Shown here: one piece after another, positions 10,359 through 17,414 of the stretch
How the letters are laid out: each line of letters starts with the position of its first letter
Numbering within the stretch: position 1 is the first letter of the stretch
From: an uncultured Gammaproteobacteria bacterium
Lineage (GTDB): Bacteria; Patescibacteriota; Microgenomatia; Levybacterales; UBA12049
Direction of reading: 5' to 3'
NCBI GenBank assembly: GCA_964408485.1
Contig: CAYOZJ010000003.1
Coordinates: forward strand, 65,290-129,289
Length of the DNA stretch: 64,000 bases
Made by a program: the position numbers and the translations under genes
The notes under the pieces: generated by a model
The model's input: the letters and a program-made list of their open reading frames with translations, nothing else
Databases searched by the model: none
Told to the model about the DNA's origin: nothing

Positions 10359-11555
10359 TTAGGTTTTCTGGATAATATATATTTTTCCAGCTTTATCATC
10401 TGAAACATATAAATTTCCTTTGCTGTCAAAAGTAACATCCGCTGGTCTTCCAAGTGCTGCGCCTGCAAGATTACTTTGTAAAAAGCCGGTAAGAAAATCC
10501 TCGGACCCTGTAATCGTATTTCCTTGTACAGTAAGTCGTACTACTTTAAATCCTATTGGCGTTGAGCGGTTCCAGTCTCCGTGATACGCAACAAATAAGC
10601 TTCCTTGCCAACTTTTGGGAAATTGCGAACTTTCGATAAAGGTTAATCCTAACGGTGCGGAATGAGCAGGAACTTGATAAATAGGAGCAAGAGTCTGCGA
10701 GCAGTCATAGTTGCTTTTATCAAAGTTAGTATCATGAACTTTATCTCCATAACAATTAGGCCAGCCGTAGTTTTTTCCAGATGAAAGTATATTTATCTCA
10801 TCGGGAGGAAGATTGTCTCCTAAATAATCCCGTCCCATTTCTGTGTCCCACACAGCGCCATTCGTTGGATTAAGAGCAAGAAATGCAGCATTGCGAAGTC
10901 CTGTTGCAAAAACTTTTGGACTGTCCCCGTTGGCATTGGAAATAAGAACCGATCCGCCTGTTGTTGCAGGTTCTCTACAAACATTGCAGGTAGAACCAAG
11001 AGAAACATAAAGGCTGCCATTTTTATCAAAAACAAGCGTACGGTTGTTGTGGTCATTATTTCCAGGGAGAGAAAAAAGATCCTTGTCTTTTGTTGCCAGT
11101 TGAGAATTTTCATCCCAATTGTACCTAACAACTTTTGTTGTGTCAGCGATAAAGAGTTGGCCATTGTAAAATACTAGTCCGTGAACATGTGGTTCGTTGC
11201 TAATGATTTGCTTTGCAATATCTGCGACACCATCATTATTTTTATCGGGTAGAGCATAGACATGATTTGTAGAAGGACTAGAGACAAGTAACGTACCATC
11301 TTTCGTAAATTCCATATCACGAGCATTAGGAACATCACCAAAAACATGAATGCTATACCCATCTGGTAATTTAAAGGGAATTGTTGGCAATGATCCTTTG
11401 GAAATAGTTGCAGATTGGTTAGGAGCAGGTGTTATTGTAGGGTAGGCGGGAAGTAATTGCGTGGGAATACCCGAATGAAAATAAAGGTTTGCCCCAAAAT
11501 AGATAAAAATAACTACAGCAACAAAAATTCCAAGAAATGCTGTTATGCGTTTCAC
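10359..11555 (-). CDS. PQQ-dependent soluble sugar (glucose/sorbosone) dehydrogenase-like beta-propeller protein
   Basis: N-terminal TM/signal segment, NYGWP motif, HGLVFYNGQLFIADT and other propeller-blade motifs of the GSDH family. Confidence 0.7.
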   Translation of the reverse strand: MKRITAFLGIFVAVVIFIYFGANLYFHSGIPTQLLPAYPTITPAPNQSATISKGSLPTIPFKLPDGYSIHVFGDVPNARDMEFTKDGTLLVSSPSTNHVYALPDKNNDGVADIAKQIISNEPHVHGLVFYNGQLFIADTTKVVRYNWDENSQLATKDKDLFSLPGNNDHNNRTLVFDKNGSLYVSLGSTCNVCREPATTGGSVLISNANGDSPKVFATGLRNAAFLALNPTNGAVWDTEMGRDYLGDNLPPDEINILSSGKNYGWPNCYGDKVHDTNFDKSNYDCSQTLAPIYQVPAHSAPLGLTFIESSQFPKSWQGSLFVAYHGDWNRSTPIGFKVVRLTVQGNTITGSEDFLTGFLQSNLAGAALGRPADVTFDSKGNLYVSDDKAGKIYIIQKT

Positions 11556-11587
11556 TTTCTTAGTATATCACTGGCATATAAGAAATT

Positions 11588-11596
11588 TGCTATAAT
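11588..11596 (+). promoter_or_regulatory. extended -10 element (TGcTATAAT) 6 nt upstream of the ATG; predicted leaderless transcript
   Basis: tttgctataatcgttgcATG. Confidence 0.4.
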
Positions 11597-11602
11597 CGTT
11601 GC

Positions 11603-11881
11603 ATGATTACTCTCATTGCAATTGTTGGTTTTTTGACCACAACGCTTTCCATACTGGTTAAATTAGTTGGATTCCCAGATCAAATCAGAAAGAATTTTCA
11701 AAGAAAATCCACAGAAGGAATTTCTACTGCTTTTTATATTCTCTCATTTACTGTTTATCTGCTTTGGACGTTGTATGGATTTTTACAACATGATTGGGTT
11801 GTAATGCTCGGACAAGGTTTAGGAATTATTACTACCGGAGCAATCGTTTATCAAATCTATTTGTATAAAGAAAAGAAATAA
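11603..11881 (+). CDS. SemiSWEET-like (PQ-loop / MtN3) small sugar transporter
   Basis: 92 aa, three TM helices, motif FPDQIRKNFQRKSTEGIS resembling the PQ-loop and K-S-T-E-G-I-S signature of SemiSWEETs. Confidence 0.55.
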   Translation: MITLIAIVGFLTTTLSILVKLVGFPDQIRKNFQRKSTEGISTAFYILSFTVYLLWTLYGFLQHDWVVMLGQGLGIITTGAIVYQIYLYKEKK

Positions 11882-11882
11882 T

Positions 11883-12503
11883 ATGATTCCACACAGAATT
11901 GTTGCCATTGGAGCAAGCACATTTTTTGGTCTGTATGATGAGGATCACTTAGGTGGCTATATTGGAAGACTCAAGATGTGGCATGAAAGCTAACCCATAG
12001 ACAATGAAGTGTATAACCTAGGCGTTAGTAGAGAAAGTGCTGGTGAGTCAACAACAGAATTGTTGAAAAGAATTATAGTGGAAGCAAAAGTTAGAGAACC
12101 AAATCTTATTCTCCTTACATCAGGCATTAATGACATTCGTCGCATTGGAGGAAAAGATAATCCACCGCGGACGTCCCGTGATGAATTTGAAAAAAATATT
12201 CATGACATGATTGCGCAGACGCGAAGCGTGGTGCAAGAGATTCTTTTTATTAGTCCATGCCAGATTACAGATAAAGAAAGTAGCAAGGGAGACTTTTTTC
12301 TTAATACCGATTTAAAAGCGTATTCAGATATTACTAAGCGTGTTTGCGAAGAAGAAAAAGTGCCTTACCTTGATATCTTTCAGGAATGGGAAAATAAAGA
12401 CTACACAAGTCTTCTATGTCCAGATGGGGTTCATCCCAATAGCAAGGGGTACGAAGCTGTTTTTGAAAATCTTAAGACATTTCTCCTTTCTCTTTACGCA
12501 TAA
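11883..12503 (+). pseudogene. SGNH/GDSL-family hydrolase interrupted by an in-frame TAA at 11991-11993
   Basis: Block I IVAIGASTFFG (11883-11990) and block II NLGVSRESAGESTT, block III GINDIR and block V DGVHPNSKG (12009-12503) lie in the same frame, separated by a single TAA. Confidence 0.55.
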
Positions 12504-12515
12504 TCTTGCGCTTGC

Positions 12516-13172
12516 TTGCTTGAGTTTTTAATACTTCCACTCTATACTGCGGCTGCTATGGAACGGTTGCCTACAACCATGATAAAAGTAGGCGAAACAA
12601 TTCGCCACGAAGCAGGTATTGTGGTAAGTGCTGTTAAAAGACTTCGCAGACGTATTGCTCCAGGGAGGACAGCGTTTCACGAAGCAGCACACATAGAAGC
12701 TTCTCAACTTGATGAAGGTATAGATAGAGCAACTATTGTTGGTACATCAGAATATAACGGTGCAACATGGCCTCGTCGTATGACAGCAACAAGCGCTATG
12801 GCTGCTGCTGCGCTGGATATGGACGGAACAGGATGGGACGAATTTCTTACCGCACATATTTTGCATGTTAATCCAGATGGTGCAAAAAGCACAGTGCTTT
12901 CTATTCTGGCTGGAAGACAAGATTACATGTGGGCAGTTGCTGAAATATTGGAAGAAAAAAAGACTATTGGACAAGAAGATGTTAATAGAGCCCATGAGCA
13001 GGTGGATAACGAAAGACGGGGGGTCTGGCAAGTGGATGTGATGGTAAAGAACAAAGACGGAACAACATTCATTCACTCAACAGAGTCAGAAAATAATAAC
13101 GTTATGGTGCCAGGAGAATGGGTTGTACTGCATATACCAGAATCAAGAAAAGAAGAACAACAGCTTGCATAA
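12516..13172 (+). CDS. putative zinc metallopeptidase, standalone FtsH-protease-domain-like (HExxH)
   Basis: TAFHEAAHI motif matches the FtsH M41 zinc site (aYHEaGHa); no AAA domain and no TM segment; higher GC than neighbours. Confidence 0.35.
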   Translation: MLEFLILPLYTAAAMERLPTTMIKVGETIRHEAGIVVSAVKRLRRRIAPGRTAFHEAAHIEASQLDEGIDRATIVGTSEYNGATWPRRMTATSAMAAAALDMDGTGWDEFLTAHILHVNPDGAKSTVLSILAGRQDYMWAVAEILEEKKTIGQEDVNRAHEQVDNERRGVWQVDVMVKNKDGTTFIHSTESENNNVMVPGEWVVLHIPESRKEEQQLA

Positions 13173-13200
13173 GAATCCTGTAGTATGATAAACTATAAAT

Positions 13201-13440
13201 ATGACAACTAAAAATAAAGAGCTGCCATGGTTATCGCGTTTTGTAAAAGATATCTTTACGAATGCATCTCGAAGACGGGCTGCGGAGGAGTTTCATGCGC
13301 TTTTACATGCAGATCCTCAAAATGATTTTGAAAGAGATTTAATAAGTAGGCAACGGCCTGCAACTGTCAGAAGATTAGGTTTGAGTACTGCACAACAAAT
13401 GGAAGATGATCATATAGCGCAAGGTTTACATAGCTATTAA
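13201..13440 (+). CDS. hypothetical small protein
   Basis: 79-aa ORF only. Confidence 0.2.
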   Translation: MTTKNKELPWLSRFVKDIFTNASRRRAAEEFHALLHADPQNDFERDLISRQRPATVRRLGLSTAQQMEDDHIAQGLHSY

Positions 13441-13447
13441 AGGAAAT

Positions 13448-14266
13448 TTATTCTACTACTTTTCGTAGGCTTTCCACTTCTTTTTTTGACAATTCTCTGT
13501 ATTCTCCTCGTTTTAAACTTCCTAATTTGAGTGGACCAAAGGCAATGCGTTGTAAATCAAGAAGTTGTATTCCCATTTCTTCACACATCCGTCGAATTTG
13601 TCTATTCCGTCCTTCGTGAAGGGTTATGTCTAGGGTTGTTTTTTCCTTGTCATTCCCGCGCAGGCGGGAATCCAGATGGTCTATTTTTGTTTTAGAACCT
13701 GGATCCCGCATCAAGTGCGGGATGACACGTTGTGAGTTCGGGATGACTGTTTTAACGACAGTCACTTCTGCAGGCATTGTTATTCCATCTTCTAAAATAA
13801 CACCTATGCGAAGTTGCTCAAGTTGTCCTTTTGTTGGTTGTCCTGCAACAAGAATTCGGTACAGTTTGGGTACATGGTAGCGAGGATGAATAAGCTGATG
13901 AGTTAACTCTCCATCATTTGTTAACAAAACAAGCCCATGAGAATCTTTATCCAGTCTTCCAACAGGATAAATTCTGTAGGGAGTATCAATAAGAGAAGTC
14001 ACTGTGTCACGCGCAAATTCGTCTGCAGTTGAGGAAATAATGCCAATTGGTTTATTTAATATATAGTAAACAAAGCCAGGCTTTTGTACTTTTTCACCAT
14101 TTATCAAAACAAGTTGCTTACTACCTACCCGGATTCCAGATTCTGTTACTCGTTTGCCGTCAATAGTAACGTCATTATTTTTCAAAAATGACTTTACCCC
14201 TCGCCGGGAAATTATCCCAGCATTAGCTAAAAATTTATCCAAGCGGATTTTTATATCTTGCTGCAC
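13448..14266 (-). CDS. RluB/RsuA-family pseudouridine synthase (S4 domain plus catalytic domain) carrying a 35-aa in-frame insertion
   Basis: S4 region RLDKFLANAGIISRR, catalytic PVGRLDKDSHGLVLLTNDG, C-terminal LHEGRNRQIRRMCE; GTG start; the insertion IPNSQRVIPHLMRDPGSKTKIDHLDSRLRGNDKEK is encoded by repeat copy R2. Confidence 0.8.
   Translation of the reverse strand: MQQDIKIRLDKFLANAGIISRRGVKSFLKNNDVTIDGKRVTESGIRVGSKQLVLINGEKVQKPGFVYYILNKPIGIISSTADEFARDTVTSLIDTPYRIYPVGRLDKDSHGLVLLTNDGELTHQLIHPRYHVPKLYRILVAGQPTKGQLEQLRIGVILEDGITMPAEVTVVKTVIPNSQRVIPHLMRDPGSKTKIDHLDSRLRGNDKEKTTLDITLHEGRNRQIRRMCEEMGIQLLDLQRIAFGPLKLGSLKRGEYRELSKKEVESLRKVVE
13649..13747. repeat. MITE-like palindromic repeat copy R2, lying in-frame inside the pseudouridine synthase gene
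   Basis: Reads gtcattcccgcgcaggcgggaatccagatgg...cctggatcccgcatcaagtgcgggatgacacgttgtgagttcgggatgac; three hairpins; the insertion spans codons 175-209. Confidence 0.65.
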
Positions 14267-14272
14267 TGCAAT

Positions 14273-14278
14273 ATTATA
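14273..14278 (-). promoter_or_regulatory. -10 box TATAAT 6 nt upstream of the GTG start of the pseudouridine synthase gene (leaderless layout)
   Basis: Minus-strand sequence ctgcTATAATattgcaGTG. Confidence 0.35.
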
Positions 14279-14326
14279 GCAGGTTAGCCTTGCTTAAGAA
14301 CTAATATTATCCTATAATAGGAAAAT

Positions 14327-14590
14327 ATGACAGACAGAAAAGCTGCTAAAAATCATATTGAAACTGGTTTGACAGATGTTTTGGGCAGATCGCCTTCTCA
14401 TGAAGAGCAAATAGCGGGAGAGGGATATCATCATTTCGTTCAGCATGGCGAAACACAAGCAAGAAGACACAGAAGAACAAGAGAGGTATATCGGATTGCA
14501 GCTCGAGAACACGCCAAAAGAGTTCTTCCTCAAGATGCAATAGACCATTTGGATAGTATACATAGTCCAGATCATTTTTTTGAGGATTAA
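14327..14590 (+). CDS. hypothetical small protein
   Basis: 87-aa ORF preceded by TATAATaggaaaat; no motif. Confidence 0.3.
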   Translation: MTDRKAAKNHIETGLTDVLGRSPSHEEQIAGEGYHHFVQHGETQARRHRRTREVYRIAAREHAKRVLPQDAIDHLDSIHSPDHFFED

Positions 14591-14629
14591 TAAGCGCTAT
14601 TTGGTTATTTTTGCTATACTAGCCATAAC

Positions 14630-15511
14630 ATGCCCCACAATAAAAAACCAGATCTTTGGGTAAGTCACTCCTCAATACATGATTACCTGACATGTCCTCG
14701 TGCATATTGGATTCGTCATTTGTATAGAAATCCTAAAACAAATAATAAAGTAAATATTATTAATCCCGCCTTGGCGCTAGGGTCTATTGTTCATCAAGTG
14801 TTGGAGGCTCTTTCTGTTGTAAAAGTAGAGGATAGACTTAAGCAGCCGCTTCTTGAGCAGTACGAAAAAGCATGGGAGCAAATACGTGGGGAAAAAGGAG
14901 GATTTGAAAGTCCCGAACAAGAGTTGGAGTATAAAAATCGTGGTGCGATTATGATCAATCGTGTGTTATTTCATCCGGGTCCAATAGAGCAAAAAGCAGT
15001 CAAATTAGCTTCTCCTGACAGCTTGCCTCCGCGATATTATTTATCTCCAGAAGAGGGGATTATTTTATGCGGAAAAATAGACTGGCTTGAGTATGCCCCA
15101 CAGGATGATAGTGTGCATATTATCGATTTTAAGACAGGCAAAAATGAAGAAGACGAGGATTCTTTGCAGTTACCAATTTATGCGCTTCTGGTAAAGAATT
15201 GTCAGAATAGGAAGGTAAGTAAAATTAGTTATTGGTATTTAGAATCAGATAACGAGCCTAAGGAAATGCCTTTTCCGAATTTAGATACTGCGCATGAAAA
15301 AATCTTAACAATTGCTAGGGAAATTCGTGCAGCACGGGAAAAAGGTCATATGGTATGTCCAAAGGGTGGTTGTTTTGCGTGTCGAGGACTTGAGCAAATT
15401 GTTGCAGGAAAAGCAAAATTTATTGCGACTGAAGGATATCAGGATATATTTACTATTCCAAAAGCCGAGACCACGGCAGATTATAAAAAAGAAGACATTA
15501 CCCCCTTTTAA
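14630..15511 (+). CDS. PD-(D/E)XK nuclease, RecB/Cas4-like with Fe-S cysteine cluster
   Basis: N-terminal Cys (DYLTCPRAYW), motif HIIDFKTGK (the D-x-K of the PD-(D/E)XK core), QLPIYALL (a Q-h-x-x-Y motif), C-terminal CPKGGCFAC three-Cys cluster. Confidence 0.65.
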   Translation: MPHNKKPDLWVSHSSIHDYLTCPRAYWIRHLYRNPKTNNKVNIINPALALGSIVHQVLEALSVVKVEDRLKQPLLEQYEKAWEQIRGEKGGFESPEQELEYKNRGAIMINRVLFHPGPIEQKAVKLASPDSLPPRYYLSPEEGIILCGKIDWLEYAPQDDSVHIIDFKTGKNEEDEDSLQLPIYALLVKNCQNRKVSKISYWYLESDNEPKEMPFPNLDTAHEKILTIAREIRAAREKGHMVCPKGGCFACRGLEQIVAGKAKFIATEGYQDIFTIPKAETTADYKKEDITPF

Positions 15512-15657
15512 AATCCCTCTTGCAAAGTAATTAAAATTATTACTATATTGTAAACATACGGTAAGAATACATAGCTTACTAGTTGTAGAACAAAATTTAT
15601 CCCCCTTTATTTTTTGCCCCCATTTTTCGACTTCTGTATGTATGTTTCTAGCTGTTT

Positions 15658-16005
15658 ATGATAACAGAAGAGAGGCGTGAAGGGGATTTTTCAAGGGGTC
15701 AGAAAAAAGCTGCGAGAAGACGCGCGGATCATCGTTGTGAAGCCTGTGGAAGTGCTCATGACGCATTGTATGTGCATCACGACCCACCAATTTCCATGGG
15801 CGGAGGGAAAAATTCAAGAGCGTGGGCCCTTGACTTACAATGTCATAAAGTTGCGGACAAACTCGCTTTAGAGCATGGTATTTCTTTAACTGAAGTAAGA
15901 GAAAGATGGGGAACAAGGCCCCTAGAGCCATATGCGCAAAGTCTTGATAAAGGGAAAGTAAGACACATTGTAAAACGGGTAAGGCAGCGGATAAGAGCAA
16001 CCTAG
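15658..16005 (+). CDS. HNH endonuclease
   Basis: HRCEACG...LYVHHDPPISMGGG...NSRAWALDLQCHKV is the canonical CxxC / HH / N / CH arrangement of the HNH fold. Confidence 0.7.
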   Translation: MITEERREGDFSRGQKKAARRRADHRCEACGSAHDALYVHHDPPISMGGGKNSRAWALDLQCHKVADKLALEHGISLTEVRERWGTRPLEPYAQSLDKGKVRHIVKRVRQRIRAT

Positions 16006-16030
16006 AAAAACTTATTCGGAGATGAAAATT

Positions 16031-17308
16031 TTATGCTGCAAGAGTAAATTCTTCTTGTCTTCTTTGTCGTCGTGGATACCTATTAATTTTACTAAGACGT
16101 TGATATTCGTGCTCAAATCCTGGACTCATAGACTTTGCCAACTCTCCCAGAGGTTGACGATTTTCAATTCTCTTAATTACCTCGACAATAAGCGGGTCGA
16201 TAGAAACAACCTGTATCTTTGGATGATTTAATACTGCATCTGACGGCTGAATACTATTTGTTATCATGACAAAATCAATTGCTGGATCATCTACAATATC
16301 CAATCCTGATACTTCTTTTTTTGGATCCTTAGAGAAAAGGCCATGTGTTGCAATAACTCGGACGCTTCGAGCGCCTTGGTCTTTAAATCTTCTTGCTGCT
16401 TGCAAGACACTTCCGCCTGTATCAATGATGTCATCAAACATAACAACATCTCTTCCTGCAACAAGGTTTGTTGTATCTTCTTGTTGGTCAGAAATTTTAA
16501 CGACATTATTTTGGTCCACGGGACGCTCTTTATGGATAATTGCTGGAGGTCTTCCATTACCAAACAATGTAAGATAGTCTTTATATTTCCCTTCTGCGCT
16601 GGCATCGGGAAACGCAATTGTTACATGTAACTTATTTTTATCAATCATCTCCTGCACTTTTGGTGCCATCACAAATGACGGGTCAAGATTAACCCATTGA
16701 ATATGATTACTCGTGGTTAAGGCATCAAGTGGCTTGCGTGAGTGAACATCGAAGAGAATAAGGGAGGCGGGTGCCCGTAATTTTGATTCATGCTGCCAAC
16801 GTCTTTTCTGAGGATCATGCGAACCTGCTCGCGCAATCTCTCGACCAAAAAGTCGAGCTGCCTCAGTTGCGCCATCTTGATCGCGTCTATCCTGTCTACT
16901 ATATGCTAAATGAGTAATAATAGGATAGACCCTGTTGGCTCCTTTGCCTTTTGCAGCTTCTTCTAGAAGGCGAAGTTGGGTAAGATCTGAATCCGGTTGT
17001 CCATTTACGGATTGGATAATATAGACATCCTTTGTTGCGATGGGGATTTCTTTTGGAATAACAACCTTTAGCTCATGGTTGGCAAAAGAGGGAAAGTTAT
17101 CTGGAATTTTTTGTCCAAATGCTGCGCCGACCTTGCGGGCCAAATACATTCCTGCATCGCCAGCAATAATAGTGAAGTTAGGAGAGCCGTATATTTTCTC
17201 TTTTACTTTTTGGGCAAGGTGGGATTGTTGAAATCTTTCAGAAATAGGTTGCAAAAAGCGTTGAGGGGAAAATTTTCTGTATCCTGGTGGTCTCAGCTTA
17301 TCGGCCAT
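16031..17308 (-). CDS. prs: ribose-phosphate pyrophosphokinase (PRPP synthetase), long form with a C-terminal extension
   Basis: PRPP-binding loop VVMFDDIIDTGGS; N-domain NFTIIAGDAGMYLARKVG; YSRQDRRD. Start chosen at MADKLRPPGY (17306-17308); the ORF in the track runs on to 17491. Confidence 0.75.
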   Translation of the reverse strand: MADKLRPPGYRKFSPQRFLQPISERFQQSHLAQKVKEKIYGSPNFTIIAGDAGMYLARKVGAAFGQKIPDNFPSFANHELKVVIPKEIPIATKDVYIIQSVNGQPDSDLTQLRLLEEAAKGKGANRVYPIITHLAYSRQDRRDQDGATEAARLFGREIARAGSHDPQKRRWQHESKLRAPASLILFDVHSRKPLDALTTSNHIQWVNLDPSFVMAPKVQEMIDKNKLHVTIAFPDASAEGKYKDYLTLFGNGRPPAIIHKERPVDQNNVVKISDQQEDTTNLVAGRDVVMFDDIIDTGGSVLQAARRFKDQGARSVRVIATHGLFSKDPKKEVSGLDIVDDPAIDFVMITNSIQPSDAVLNHPKIQVVSIDPLIVEVIKRIENRQPLGELAKSMSPGFEHEYQRLSKINRYPRRQRRQEEFTLAA

Positions 17309-17401
17309 CAGCAGAAATACTATAACATCCAAAAATGTTTTCTTGCAATGGATGTAACTGCATACAACTATCTCAGTGTTGAAAGTCATGGGTATTTGGA
17401 T

Positions 17402-17407
17402 TACAAT
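17402..17407 (+). promoter_or_regulatory. -10-like TACAAT 7 nt upstream of the second in-frame ATG of ileS (leaderless layout)
   Basis: tTACAATtgaagctATG. Confidence 0.3.
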
Positions 17408-17414
17408 TGAAGCT

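Noticed and set aside
10232-10468. 78-aa minus-strand ORF overlapping repeat copy R1
   Set aside because: Its sequence is dictated by the palindromic repeat (…RFGEASTESSARMTSFLS). There is no independent coding signal, and it overlaps the 3' end of the dehydrogenase gene.
11991-11993. Possible stop-codon reassignment (TAA read as sense) in the SGNH hydrolase
   Set aside because: All other genes in the window terminate normally with TAA, TAG or TGA, and conserved proteins show no other internal stops. A nonsense mutation or sequencing error is more parsimonious.
13626-13880. 84-aa plus-strand ORF (SFPRRRESRWS…) antisense to the pseudouridine synthase gene
   Set aside because: It is the artefactual translation of the repeat element on the opposite strand of a well-supported gene.
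15656-16000. 114-aa minus-strand ORF antisense to the HNH gene
   Set aside because: The HNH motif on the plus strand is unambiguous, so the antisense ORF was taken as noise.
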